A stretch of DNA of 64,000 nucleotides from the NCBI GenBank assembly GCA_976551045.1, contig CDPCPM010000106.1, positions 26,288,001 to 26,352,000 of the forward strand, given 5' to 3'. The position numbers were made by a program, and so were the translations under genes. Below, piece by piece: positions 36,386 through 50,229 of the stretch (positions are counted from its first letter, which is position 1; each line of letters opens with the position of its first letter). Below the pieces are notes generated by a model. It was not told the DNA's origin. It made no database searches and worked only from the letters and a program-made list of their open reading frames with translations. This DNA is from Glaucostegus cemiculus (Eukaryota).

Positions 36386-38499
36386 CATCTTGACTAAATT
36401 TAGCTGGCAGCCTGATACTCATTTAGTCGGTGAATTGTTGACCTGACTTTTCTAAGTACGTTCAGCACCTTCTCTGGCTGGTCCAGGACAATACAATATT
36501 GTAAAGGAGACCTCAGACAGGCATTTAACCTGCTACTTGTGTGCCATTGTGGAAGGTGGCAACCATTTGGCATTTGATGAGCATTTGTGTCCTACTTATG
36601 ATGTTGGGCATTGACTTAACAACAGATAAATGAATTCAACAACTTTGAATTTCTCAGCCTTTCTGACTGAAATTCCCCTCTGGCCAATTACATCTGGTGC
36701 ACATCAGCTCCTGAAGCTCACATATCAGAAGCAAAATATAACCACAGCTGCAACTATGTTGACTATTTAGTGACTGAGGACAAATTTCTGCTTCATTGTG
36801 TTTTGGCCACTCAGACATGGATTGATAAGAGTAATTGCAGTGTCTTAGCTACGTAAGTACATACTTTTCCACACTAAAGGAAATTTTACATGAACACGTG
36901 AACTACTCATCTAATCAATGTTATTTTTTTATTTAGCTCCTACCCAGGTTAAAATCTGCTCTTGCTTGAATTTTCTGTACCACATGTAGATAAATAAGGA
37001 GGGGTGCCATTAGCCTCACTGTTACTTTGATAACACATTATGGCCCTGATTTTCCTTTTACACACTTAACGGGGCAGAACCAACATAGCCTTCTGCTCCA
37101 GTTTTGTGTTGCCTTGGGAACACCTCTCTGCATCAGTAAACACCTCTTGGAAACCAACAGCACAGACTTACTCATGGTTCAGGCAGTGGCATTGAAATCA
37201 ATGAGGTTAAACAAATCTCCATTGAATGCTGAGTGTACCTTTAACTTAATTCAATTAATTTAAATGTATTTAATTGGGTGTGATTTTTTTTGTTGGTACT
37301 GTAAATTGTATTTAAAAAGATAAATCATTGAAAATGGTTCCTAAATGTTTTAATATGTTGATGAAAAAGAGTTCACAAGCATACGATTTCACTGATAATT
37401 CTGACAGCCAGTACGTCTCCTATGGGTTTTCCTGACTTTCAAAGCCTCTGGGTCGCAGAGCAGGCCTTACACTGGGAGAAGCTGTGTCATCTGAGGCCAT
37501 GGTAATCAGCAGAGACCCAGGACTTGCAGCAGGTCTGGTGTTAAGCTATCCACATATCTTCAGATGTATTCACATCATCTTCTTTTGTAAATAAAGAGCC
37601 TCTAATAATTAATCACCTTGCACCCGCCAACACCTCCCCATTAATACAATTTCAAAGTTAGGAACTCTATTCAATTAACAAATTCAACAAATTGTGATTC
37701 TCACCTAACAAGAAAATCAGAACAAATTAATGGCACAAGTTTTGAAATTACAGAGAAAAATATTAAAATAATTTTTTTTTGCTTTGTTCATGCCATATTG
37801 GAAATGGGATAGTGCATTAGGCTCAAATTGTTATATGGAGACTATATCATTCTGCTTCATAAAGTAGCCATTAAAACATTCTCGAGCATAACAGACATTT
37901 AAATTCAACCTCATCAACTTCCCAGAGCCAATTTAATAATGATCTGCTAATAATTCAGAGCTATGCTTCATCAGTTTGAGTCAGTAGACCGCACACTTGC
38001 TTCCAAGAATGATGTGCATTTAAGTCTCATCAGGGATTCTAGCAATTAATCCAGGCTGACATTGGAGCAGTAAATAGTGTGGATGGGAGCAGACTATCAC
38101 ACAGGGGACACAGATAGACTAGATGCGTGGTCAAAGCTATTGACAGATGTAGTGCAGTGTGAGATCACCTAATTTGAATCTGGGAAAGAAAAATCGGAAT
38201 ATTTTCTTACTGGTGAGTGACTGGGGCATTAGAAAGAGATACAATGAATGTCACCTGTTGAGTGGAACACAGATAGTGTGGAAACTTCTCTGGCTACAGT
38301 TTCCTGCTAACCACACTATTCACTGGCTGGATGGAACAACAGGACCAAGCTTCCAATTCTCTACCTACAGATAAAACAAGCCTGCACTACTTAAAGCTAG
38401 CTTCCACTGCGTAAAAGGCAAGTGGATTGTAGTTAATATTATCAATCTGAATGTGCAGTGGAGATGTCAATGGAACAGAACTGTCCATGCACTCATCAT

Positions 38500-39075
38500 T
38501 AAGAGCCAATAACAGCTACAAAAGGGGTAAAGCAATGTTGAGTTTTATCTTAAAGGTGTAGAATTTAGAACTACAGTTTTAAGAATATTCAATTAGCTCT
38601 CATCTCCAGTAATACTTTCAGATTTGGCTCCTAAATCTAAGGAAAGTTAAAATGTCTGTGACTATGGCACAGCATAGACTCGCCAGAACTGTGAGTTAAC
38701 CTATTAGTACAAGCTTTAGAAGGTTAGCTTTTAGCCTCTTGAGTTTAGAAGGAGATCTAGCTGACAGTTTTCTGATTATAAAAGGATTCAATAAAGAGAA
38801 ACAATTGTCTCTGGCAGGGAATCCAGAACGAAGGGCATATTCTTATAAACAATTTCCAAATGTTTATCCTGACAAAGAGTAGTGATCTGAAACTTCCTCC
38901 CTTGCAAATCCATCAAGGCCAAGGATCAATATAAATTTTTAACAATGAGAGTTACACTTTTTCTTAGTTAAGAGTGCATGGAACAAAAACAGCTAATTCT
39001 AGGCAGTAGAGATCAGCTAAATTCTGGTTGAATGATGGATATGCTTGAGGAGTGACAGATCTAGTCCTGTGCCTA
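38500..39075 (+). mobile_element. Very old CR1 3' fragment
   Basis: Decayed ANAMLxFI, QxWLL, SLEFRR.DL and GESRTKGH motifs with a CR1-like tail. Confidence 0.6.
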
Positions 39076-39159
39076 AGCACTGAGAAAATGCTGCTTTGTA
39101 AGATTCTTGGTCTTTGTTAAGGATCAGTTGATTGCTCCATTGATTTAAGAGAATAATAA

Positions 39160-39500
39160 AGGCTTCAAGTCACTGTTTAAAGAAGAGCAGAAAATCCCCA
39201 GGTGTTGTGGCCAACATTCATTCTTGAATCATTGTGACAGATTCACATGTCATTTGTTCAGGTCTTATTTGTAAAACCTTGCAAAGACCTAACAGGTCCC
39301 AATCCTGATGAAGTGTCATTGAGGAGAAATTCAGGGTGGCATCTCTATCCGCAGATGCCGTCCCAAACTGCTGAGTAATTCCAGCACTATCTATTTTTGT
39401 AACAGATTCAGGCATCTGAACGATATAGGTTCCCATATCTGACTATATGATAACAGTGACTAGAATTTGAAGGTAATCTAATAATGTAAAAAGCTGCAGT
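39160..39500 (+). mobile_element. DeuSINE fragment interrupted by a Penelope-type terminal repeat (39290-39420)
   Basis: Deu motif AAAGAAGAGCAG..CCCAGGTGTTGTGGCCAACATT on the left, tail AACAGTGACTA..TTTGAAGGTAAT on the right, and CTGATGA...GAAA...GCAGATGCC...TGCTGAGTAATTCCAGCA in between. Confidence 0.6.
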
Positions 39501-40397
39501 GGTGCTGAATGAGTACTCATCAATTATACATGACCTGCTCATCAAATAAGACATAGTCCATTATTTATACAGTAGGAAAATGTGACTATTTTAATGTGGC
39601 CAGTGAAGGTGTGATGAAGAACCAAATACTATCAGGTAGCCCCTCACTTAAACCCTTGCCTCCTCGCCAGCAATGCTGCTTTCCAAACTGAGTGTGTGAA
39701 GTAAGTGCAGCTTTGTAAAGTTGATGAGAAGGCTGGAATTATATGATAGAACTCTGATAATCTTGCACACCAAAGGCTGATTAATTCTCCCTCTTGTTCA
39801 ATTGTTGCCTGGGAAAATGATCAAGCTGTAACATTAATATTCCCACTGTAGCTTTGAGTCATTTTGTTCTCATTTTGATTTACAGCGTCTAGTTTCATCT
39901 TCTCCAGGATCTTGAGAGCATTGGATGAATGTTCATTTGTAACTTTTAATGGAACTTAGGCTGTTATACATCTGTCTTCAAGATAGCATCAGACATAATA
40001 ATGCAAGATGTAGAATACAAAAGGACTGAACTCTTTCTTCATGTCTCTGCCTTTCCTTTAAGTTAAGTCTACAGAGGCAATCTCAGAAGTGTCTTCAAAA
40101 TAGTGTGAATTGCTCACGTTGTTTCTGTAGTGATTGATCCATGAAAAGAGAAATTTTTTCCTGGTTGGTAGGGCTCAACATATTATTCTCTGGCTTTGAG
40201 GTTCTTTCTGTTGACTTCAATGGAATGAATTTCAGGGGCAAATTACATGCTGATGTTGCCATAAACTGCATTTAGTGCTACGGATGGGGATGGATTGCTA
40301 GGCAGAACTCTTTCATTCTGATAGAAAATGTATTCTTTCAGCTCTTGAGGAATATTTCCTTTGCCCATACAAAGAAAATAAATGAGTTTAGCTACGT

Positions 40398-40660
40398 GGG
40401 CGGCACAGTAGCATAGTGGTTAGCGCGACGCTATTACAGCGCCAGCAGTTGAGTTTCGATTCCCGTTGCTGTCTGTAAGGAGTTTGTACGTTCTCCTGTG
40501 TCTGCGTGGGTTTCCTTCAGGTGCTCTGGTTTCCTCCCACATTTCAAAGATGTACGGATAGGTTAATTTGGGTTTAAAATGGGCGGCGTGGACTTATTGG
40601 GCCGGAAGGGCCCATTACTACGCTGTAAATATAATTGATGAAAATTTAAATTTAATTTAA
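40398..40660 (+). mobile_element. V-SINE (HE1-like) with CR1-type tail
   Basis: GGGCGGCACAGTAGCATAGTGGTTAGC head, V-domain, GGGCCGGAAGGGCC tail and AT-rich end. Confidence 0.92.
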
Positions 40661-40771
40661 GAATTTCTATGTGACAGCTGCAGATAATTGATGGAAAATG
40701 CAGTAGCACATTAGCTAGAGAAAAATAAATAAATCCCTTAATTAATGTTGCTTAATTAATCATAATTGCAA

Positions 40772-41162
40772 TGTGTCAGCTGTGGCTCTGTGGGTAGACT
40801 CTCACCTCCGAATCAGATGGTTGTGGGTTGGTTGGATTCCCACTGCAGAGACTGGAACACAAGTTCCAGGCTGAGCCTCAGTACCGTACTGCTGCCAGGT
40901 GTGTCCTGCACAAGAGCTGCAAAACTGAAGGCTCAGACTTCCCTGCAAGGTCAATGTAAAAGACCCCATCTTGCGATTGTGAAGGTTAGCAGTGGAGTTT
41001 TTACTGGTCTCTTGGCCTATATTTATCCCTCAATTAACACCGCTGTCCAATTATTGTCTGTGGCAAAATTTCTCTCCTATTTAAAAGGATTTCATTGACT
41101 GTAAAACATTTGGGACATCCTGAGATCATGAAATGTACTTTATAAAAACAAGTCTTATTTTT
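40772..41162 (+). mobile_element. DeuSINE (SacSINE1-like)
   Basis: tRNA-like head TGTGGCTCTGTGGGTAG, Deu core ATGTAAAAGACCCCAT...TGGCCTATATTTATCCCTCAA, L2-type tail GTAAAACATTTGGGACATCCTGAG. Confidence 0.8.
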
Positions 41163-41399
41163 TAACTATAAAATCAAATTACTTAACTTTCATTCCCATA
41201 GTAATAACTAACACAATGTTTATATTACTTTGCCGCATTTGATTCCTTGGTTGACTTCTTGGCATCAAGTTGATGGATGTGCCATCCAAAAGCCAGTACT
41301 TGCGAATGAATTCTTAGTAGCTTGAAAAATGAAATATCAGACCAAACTTAAATATTAGGCTGATTTAACTCCATTATGTGTTGTCATTGAAATAATATC

Positions 41400-41545
41400 A
41401 AATAAAGAAAATGCCAGAAACACTCAGCAGGTCAGGCAGCATCTATAGAAAGAGAAACTGTTAACAGTTCTGGTCCAGGGCTCTTCATCCATTTTCTGTT
41501 TTTATTTCAGATTCCAATATCTGCAGGTTTTGTTTTGATTTTCAC
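41400..41545. mobile_element. Penelope-type terminal repeats in inverted arrangement
   Basis: Minus-oriented AAACACTCAGCAGGTCAGGCAGCATC... joined to plus-oriented CATTTTCTGTTTTTATTTCAGATTCCAATATCTGCAG. Confidence 0.7.
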
Positions 41546-43039
41546 AAACAATACCAATGTCAGCTGAACAATAAAATACATTGAAGGGTGGAAGCAAAAT
41601 ATTCACCCCCATTTATTGAAATATGTGTATTTCTATAATCAGGGAAAATCAATTAAATGCAAGTGGCAGCTAGTGACAAGCTGTAAAATATAAAAGGAAG
41701 GAGTGGAAGCAATCAATCAACAGATTTCCAAGTTGATTCCTTATTGATTCCATTTTAGAGAGATCCCAGGTAATGTGTATATTTTGGAGATGTTTATGAC
41801 TAATAAAAAGTAATAAATGGGTTTAATTTGACTGTCTTCAACTGGCTGGTTTTACTGTTCAGTGGTTCTATTTTCCATTCCTCTAAAAATAATCCATCAA
41901 GGGAGAGGCAGCCAGCGTGATCCAAATGTCCTCCTTTGAAACAACATACACACGAGACAGAGACCATAACTCTTCTAATTGTAGCAAGTGCATTTTTACC
42001 AATTCCGTTTTAAGACACACTTGTGTTTGTAAGCATTTCTGTGAATGCTGCCAGCTTCAATAATACCTCAGTTGTTTTCCAGTAATCACACCAGGTTCTG
42101 GAGCATAATTAATTTAGGTACATCAATATTAAGTAGTAAAACTGTTAATAAAACTGCCAATTAAATTCCTCACTAACAGCATATATAGAAGCAAATAAAA
42201 CTTCTAAGCAATTTGGAATTAAAACCCAATGTGCCTTAGCTACAAATTCTGAATAAATCCAACAGAAATTTTCTGCCAATTTAATGTTGTTTCCCTGCCC
42301 TGACAATGAACTATTCCAAGTAAAACAGCATGTGATAAAAACAGTTGGTGTTAATTTGTTGAATCACATCCTCATTAATATTCATGTAAAAACAACTGTT
42401 GACCTAAATTAGCTATCATGATTTGAATAATACAGTGGTATTTTTGTAAAGCATTATTTCTACAGGCTGTGTCAAGTGGTGTGAAAGAGATGCTGTTTTG
42501 CAGTGGAGGAGGTGATCTGATGAATTGCCACGTTACGTACAGTTGGCAGAGTTTTCACCATGCATTGCAGTTACAGTTACAAGCTAAAGGACTTCCAGGG
42601 ATGTTTGTAGGACGTGAATGTGAACCGTCTCTACTCTGAAACTTTTGCTAGGAGAGCCAGCAATAACAATGGGAGCACAAAACAGATTTAAGTTTTTAAA
42701 ATTGCATTTTGTCCAAAGAGGTGCAATGCCACCAGGGGATTATTGTGTGTGAACACATTATTGGATGTAATTGTGGGCCAAAGGGTCTGGTCCTGTGCTG
42801 TACTGTTCTAAATAATAGAGGAACATTGCTCCCGTATAGTCTAACCCTCTTCATTCATAATTAACAACTGAATCTTGTAATTTAAATTCAGATCCAAAAG
42901 GCCTGGTCTTTTTCCCTAAGTCATACTTCAAACTGGAAGGAGTTACAAAAAGCTTCTTCCTGGTCCATTAATGTTTTGACCCTGAACCCGAGTGCATCTT
43001 TGAATCAAATTCATTTCTATCTTGATCTGTTGGATCTGC

Positions 43040-44045
43040 TTATGAGGTATATTGGAAGACTTTTCAGGAATAGGTTTTCAGGACAATATAGCAGGCTAGT
43101 GAGATGGACAGATAAAATGTCAAATGAAATTTAATTCAGAGAAGACGGAAGTGATTCATCTCGACAGAAAACTAAATGGTTCAATTTTAAAGGAGGTGCA
43201 GGAACAGAAATACCTGAGGACAAATGTCCACAAGTCTCTGAAGGTGACTGAATAAGTTAAGCAAACACAATGGTTCCTTTTATAAATAAGTAATTCCTAA
43301 AACGTCAACAATGTAAAGCAGTGTAACTGCTGCTCTGGCAAAAGTTTTCAGTGCATCTATGGCTGATTGCTGGTACTGCTATAATCAAAATACAACATTT
43401 ATATCCTCTTTCATAAGATAAACATTTATGATTTAAACATGTAGATGATGATTGTGTGCTTTATGCTATTTTTGCCTCAATCCTTACCAAGAAGGTAGGG
43501 AACTAGAGGGTGCGACAGAGATAAGGAGAGATATTATTCATGTTACTAACAGTCAAACAACTAGGAAGGCTCATTATTAATACATCTTAGGGGCAGGAAA
43601 TGATGTGTCTAAGAGTCTTTAATTGCTGGAACTTCAACTCAAATTTACCAGAAATCACTGAGATTCCTGGAGATTGAAACTTTGAAACATCATTCTTATT
43701 TTCACAGGAATAACCCAGGAAACTACTGACTAGTGAGTTTAATACCCACTGCAAGTGAAGTTACAAAAACCTTTAATTAAAGATAAGACCTTAGAGCATC
43801 TGACGAGAAATCAAATTCAAGAAGGGGATGTCTGGTTAATCCAATTAATTTGCTTCCTAAGGGGCACATCAGACGTGGTGCACTTGATATCTGTAGTCTC
43901 CAATAAAGTTCCCTTGGAAAAGCTGGTGCAGGAAATAATTTCCAATTCAAGTTGAACTTGGTTAACCAAGAAACCCAGGGGTTGTTTCACCTGGGAAAAT
44001 GTTACCAAAGGGTTTCAGATAAAGGCCTGTTTTTTCAGTCTCCTT
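43040..44045 (+). mobile_element. Old CR1 RT fragments
   Basis: WQMKFNxxK.EVIH and VQEQKYLRTNVHKSL at 43110-43250; FDKVP-like (SNKVPLEKLVQ) relic at 43900-43935. Confidence 0.65.
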
Positions 44046-44392
44046 TATAGAGTCATACAGCATGGAAACAGGCGCCTTGCCTGTCAAGTCCACGCTGGCC
44101 ACCACCAGTGTATGCTAATCCTACACTAATCCATTTTACTCTTCCAACATTCCCAGCTAACTCCACCCCACCCTAAGATTTTACCATTCACCCATACACA
44201 AAAGACAATTTACAATGGCCAATTAACTTATTAACCTGCATGTCTTCGGATGTGGTAGGAAACCAGAGCACCAGAGGAAACTCACATGTTTACAGGGAGA
44301 ACGTGCAAACTCCACACAGACAATACTGGAGGTCAGGATTGAACCTGGATTGCTGGAGTTGTGAGGTGACAGTTCTACCAGCTGTGCCACTC
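44046..44392 (-). mobile_element. Older HE1/V-SINE
   Basis: Minus strand GTGGCACAGCTGGTAGA...GGTTCAATCCTGACCTC...TGTGTGGAGTTTGCACGTTCTCC V-domain; CR1-type tail TTTCCATGCTGTATGACTCTAT. Confidence 0.85.
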
Positions 44393-45339
44393 TGAACAAG
44401 TGTGTATAGGTTAAATCTAGGAAATGCTGAATATACCGAGGAACATAAAGAGACATGGGGAGCTGCTAGGAAATGTGCTACTATCTTATTCAGTTAGCTA
44501 ATTACACTGAGCATTTGTGCATGTACCATATGTGTACATTGTATATTTACATCCATTGCTATCTCCATTGAAAGGAAAGAGTAATTCATATATGCATATA
44601 ATTTACAGGTTTTCTGAGTTGCTTTGATCTTCTCAAAGGAAGGTGCTGTCATCATCATATCTACTTCTTAATGTAAGCAAGGTATCATTCCTCTACTTTT
44701 CAGTGGAATCGAGTTATTTTTTCCAGTCTCCTGGAACCACATAGCTCTTTGATAGTCTCTCCTACATCTCTTGTTGGTGTTCTGTACACTTCTGATTTTA
44801 CATCTTATTTCCTCAGGATAGCTCTTTTTACCTCATCCTTCAACTATCACTTCAACATCACCTTTCCAGACACAAGATTTTTATGGTGATTTTAGCACAG
44901 GAACTCTTCCATGTTGCTTAAATGGTCTCGCTCCAAGATTTGAGTCAGTATTTCATTTTTATCCTAACTACCTCTCTTCCCTCAAGATGTGGCTGTACAA
45001 AGCTCAAACATGGTCTGAGCCTTCTATGAATTTGTGACTCAGCAGGGGTAAAGTTATCTATGGAATGAGATGTCATTCTGTAACTTAACAAAAATGTTTG
45101 CTGATCAATATCTCATTGTTAAACCTGGGCACCTTTGTAATACTTGCTTCTTAAGTGCTTCTTTGACAATTCTCTTCACTGCACTACTTGATGCTGGATG
45201 ATAGAGTGAAATTCAAATCCAGTTAATAACATTGTGTTTCATTAAATGCTCAGAAATGAATGGTTGAAGATTGTTATTTGAGTTTAGTTCTTCCAATAAT
45301 CCATGACATAAATAAATGAATTTCAATTCTCTGATCCTT

Positions 45340-47380
45340 CATTGTATTACTAGACCAAGGTGTGACCGCAATCATTTCAAGTGTCTATCTATGAATACTA
45401 GAAGTTACTCGTCACTTTCCACAATGGGTTCCATGGAAATATATTGTTGCCGATTTCCAACTGCATAGTGTCAGCTTGGCTTCTCATGATCATTATCTGA
45501 TCTTGGGCACTAAACAAAACTTGTGGTCATTGCCATAATGCTCACAACACCAGAATGTTCAGTGTGAAGCTTTTCTAAAATATGTCTTAACCGCACACTC
45601 GGTACAACTACTTTTTGTCCCATCTAACACATCTATGGTTATAGCACTGTCTCATGCTATCATCTGGACATTTGTCTGATTCACTATTTGTAAATTACTG
45701 AATCTCCAGTCCATCCTTTTAAAACTTTCTTATATAATTGTGTTAGAGCAGTATTTTAATGTATCTTCTTAGCTATCATCTTTGCTGTAATTTAAAAATT
45801 GTAAATGACTTTCTATATAAACATTATGCTACTTCTCCAAACTACCAGAATATGTCTGAGTTCTCAGTTCTCAGCTGAGTTGTCAGCTGATATCTGCAAA
45901 AGCATTTTGTTTGGACTTAAATATTCAATCATGTGGTTGCATTGAGTTAAAAAAAAGGCCTACCTTTTGCATTAATAATGCAGTAATTTTTGGTAATGCC
46001 AGCTTAGGACCAAGAAGTTAATGGTCTGTGACTAAGATGAAAAAGTCTCTCAATAGGAATTGGTGAAACCTTTTCACTCCAAAGGCCCTTTCTCAGTTTG
46101 ACCATAAATTCTCTTTCTCTTTGTCGATGTATATGATGCAAATCTTATTGCTTTTTTCTTCACTATCATCCCTTATATGATTGCTTACAGCTTCCAATTG
46201 ATAATTCAAAGCATCACATAAGTTTCAATGTATTCCTTGTGTTATACCATGATGATCTAACAAAGATTCATTTTCCAAACTCTTCTTTCGTAACTCAAAT
46301 GCTGTTTGCTCTTATTTGCACAAGTTCCATTTTTCATCTTTATTCGGTGACTTATGTAATCAGTCCTGTTGCAAGATTTAGCAAAAAAAACCCAGCAGAT
46401 TGATGTTCAGTCCAAAGCATGGCTTAAGTTTCAGGTTTCCTTGCCTTCATCGTTGCTTTCATCCTCTCTTTGGCTGGTTGCAATCCATTTGCATTGGCCC
46501 TAGGTAAACTACTTTATTTTGGTACAAATGCAACTTACTTCTTTTGAGCTTTACATTGCAGTCATGTAGTTCCTGAACACTACTAATATTTGAATATTTC
46601 CCAATAAGCTGCACCTCACAGTATCTTGTCCATTATAGATTTCACAATATAAAGTGGTTTGTGTAGGATGTGTATTAATTATAAAATATTGCATTTTCTC
46701 TTTATCAGCATTCAGCTGAGCATATGCAAGTGACACATCTAACATGGTGAAAACTTTGGTTGCTGCCAACTCTGCATATAAATCCTGTGAAATAGACAGC
46801 ACATTCTGATTGTTGTACATTGTTTTTCTTATAATTAACACATAATTGAACAGTCTTGCCCACTTTAGGTGCCACAGTTATTGATGTTGCCTATGCACAC
46901 TAGTATGCCTTCACTAAATCTCTATTTTGTTTGAATTTATTTAACCCCCTATCTGATTCTGCAATGCATATGGGATAATTCAAGGCTGATGGCAGATTGA
47001 GTTTGCATCTTAAGTGCAAATCTTCCATTTTAAATTGATATGTGGGTGATCAGCGGATTGAATCTATAAGAGCAATTTGTGCCATTTTCACCCAAGTGCT
47101 TCAGATTCTGTTTTTGTCTGTCCCAGTCTTCACTGTCATTCTTTGATTAGAAGTTGCAATCATATTTGTACCTTGTATTGGACAAGATTCTTCAACACCC
47201 AGTTAATGCCACCTCCAATGATGTTACAATTTTGAACCCAAGCTTATTTGTGAGGGTTGTGCTGTCATTAACATTGATTAAATTCACTCATCAATTAAAC
47301 CACAATGTTGTGCAGTATGTCGTCTAAAAGGTCTCAAAGTTGCAGGTCAAAATAATGATGGACTCATCTACTTCTAATTC
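45340..47380 (-). mobile_element. Second degenerate Gypsy pol (RT, RNase H, integrase relics)
   Basis: ORF 46551..46841 QDLYAELAATKVFTMLDVSLAYAQLNADKEKMQYFIINTH; KKWNLCK*EQTAFE; NLHHIHRQREKEF (cf. IAFASR..EK); integrase-start relic at ~45360-45470. Confidence 0.78.
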
Positions 47381-48099
47381 CTGATTCAAAATCTGTAACT
47401 CTATGTAATTTCTGATTTATTAGGGTTGAACTAATATTGTAATATTTGTTATACTTCACTAAATAAAACATATTTTGCTTTTATGGCATTAAAAGATTTA
47501 CTATCATTTTCACCATTTATATCAATTATTTACAGTGAAAAATATTTCCACCTGTTCTATTTGTGGACTGATCATTTGTGCCTAGTGCTCTAGCATAACC
47601 AGCTTGACTCTGAATGAACATTTGGTCTTTTTCCTGCTCTCACTCTGATGCAGTTTCTACTCAAAAAATATTATACTATATGCTATCATTTCTCTCTTGT
47701 GCTTTTTATCCAAATAGTATTGTACCTCCTAATGCAGTATTGTCTATGGACTTAAACTAATCCGTGCATGAGGTCAAAGTTAAAACAAATGGTTTGCTGG
47801 TCTCCTGACTCACCCTACAAACTATTCACTCACACTCTTCAACAGAGTTAAAGGCATTGGGTTTTTATGTTCATCTTCTGTCCTCATCACCAATTTGTTG
47901 TACATGTGCATGTGAACATCTTCCTTCAACCTGATCAATACCAACACAGAATATAGAGACAAACATGAAGAGACGTGGGCAGCTGCTGCAACATTGCTGA
48001 ATGGGGAGAGGCTGGAACATGGCCAGCTGGTTTAACTTTCTAATTACACTGTGTATTCATCATACATATAAATCATACATTTTTGATTTGCCTTGGCAA

Positions 48100-48620
48100 T
48101 GTTATTATTAATGGAGCATCGAGTAAAGCAAATTAAAAAAGGTTGAGCCAAAGCAAATAGATAACTAATTATCTGAAATAGTGAGGTAATCCAACCATTT
48201 AAAGTATCATTGGAACAACTGTACTGAGAATAGCAGGTTTAGTTTGGTAGCTGCAGTACAAATTGGATGGACTTGCAGCTATTGAAAGAATATCAAAGAA
48301 TGCAACAAGAGTGATTCACTGAATGAGATTACAAGTAGCAATTAAATAAATAGAATATGTTTCCAATGGTAAAGATAAGATTTACCTGTTTCACCTTGTC
48401 CAAATCAATAAAATTAGGGAATACAGTCTGTGTTCTAAAGGAGATAAATTTGAAATTAATTCTGGAGAATTTTAATACAGTTTTCAGGTGGCTAACTTAT
48501 GCAATAGGTTCCCTAACAAAACAGTGAAGCACTCATTTATTCAAGTGAAGATTAGGTAGTTTTCCTTCAGAAGATAGTGTATGAGGGTGCAGTATATAGG
48601 TTGTTTGAAGGATAACATGG
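48100..48620 (+). mobile_element. Very old CR1 3' fragment
   Basis: Decayed QLYxExxRFSL / AIERISKNATR / LKGDKFEIN / NRFPNKTVKH motifs in CR1 order. Confidence 0.5.
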
Positions 48621-49338
48621 TAAATGACACAGTGAAGGATTCTCATCTTGGATGGAGCAGGTGAAATCAAACGTATGCTTTCCATAATTTTCCATTTCTG
48701 GACTTTTCCTCTTCCCTCTTCCACTGTATTTAGGTGTACTGAAAACTGTTATTGATAATCATTGTTCTACCATGGATCTGACAGGTTGGTAGAAGCCAAA
48801 CCAAGCAGTTGCTGGCTATCTATCAACCACCCCGGCTGTTCCTGTGTTCCCATAGATTCCTGGTAATCTCTGCTCAAACCATTGAGCCCCTTGTGTTAAT
48901 CACAATTCAAGTGCATGAATTTCCAAGAAAACCTTATTCAGTTCATAAATTTTGTCATTGTATGTAATTATTGGGAGAAATTATGGCAGTAAAATCACAT
49001 TTTGGTTATTACTTAGCAATTTAAATTTTCAATCTATCAAAGACCTCTTGCAATAATCTGCTGCATAATGTATCGTAATTACTTATGCTGGAAACAAAAA
49101 AGATTTAGCAATCAAAACGACTTGGCCCATCTATCTCTTTCTTAAATGGCATTAACCCGTCTGACATATGAATTTCTATAATCTACAACTCTCTTCCTAA
49201 ATCATTTTCCCTCATCCCTGCTATTCCCATTTAGTCACTAAAATTGAGATCTTCCATTCAAAGTCAAAGTTGAATTAGTTGTCATCTGCACAAGTACATG
49301 TCTGCACAGATACAACGTACAAGTTACCTGCAGCAGCA

Positions 49339-50115
49339 AGGAGACGAGGCAGCGAGGAGATCGGCTGGTTGAGTGGTGTCACGATAACAAGCTCACACTC
49401 AACATCAGCAAGACCAAGGAGTTGATTGTGGACTTCAGGAAGGGGAAGTCAGAAGTCTTCGTTGAAGGATCAGTAGTGGAAAGAGCGAGCAGCTTCAGGT
49501 TCCTGGGTGATAACATCTTGGAGGATCCATCCTGGGCTCAACACATTTATGCAATCACGAAGAAGGCACGCCGGTGGCTTTACTTCATTAGGAGTGTGAG
49601 GAGATTTGGTATGTCACCAAAGAATCTTGCAAATTTCTATAGAGGTACGGTGGAGAGCATTCTGATTGGTTGTATCACAGCCTGGTATGGAGGCTCAAAT
49701 GCACAGGGTCACAAGACGCTGCAGAGTATTGTAGACTCAGCCAGCTCCATCTCAGGCACAGCTCTTCCCACCATCATGGGCAGCTTCAAGGGGCAGTGCC
49801 TCAAGAAAATGCCATCCATCAATAAGGACCCTCACCATCCAGGACATGCCATCTTCTCGTTACTACCATCAGGGAGGAGGTACAGGAGCCTGAAGACCCA
49901 CACTCAATGATTTAGGAACAGCTCCTTCCCCTCCGCCATCTGATTTCTGAATGGTCCATGAACCGATGAACACTACTTCATTATTCCTTTTTTTGTGCTA
50001 TTTATTTATTCTGTAATTCATAGTAATTTTATGTGTTTGCACTGTACAGCTGCCGCAAAACAACAAATTTCACAATATATACATCAGTGATAATAAACCT
50101 GATTCTGATTCTGAT
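49339..50115 (+). mobile_element. Rex1/Babar non-LTR retrotransposon, 5'-truncated, relatively young
   Basis: LNISKTKELIVDFRK...VERASSFRFLG...TKKARRWLYF...FYRGTVESIL.GCITAWYG...HPGHAIFSLLPSGRRYRSL; (TGATTC)n tail. Inserted into an older Rex-type tail (49258-49338 / 50117-50220). Confidence 0.93.
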
Positions 50116-50229
50116 CCCAGGCACATAGCATCATATAAGCAGCATTCACAAAAAAAAAACCATATTAAGCATAAATTATATGAAAAATATTACACAAAAA
50201 ATAACATAATTAGAACAAAAGCAGTCTTT

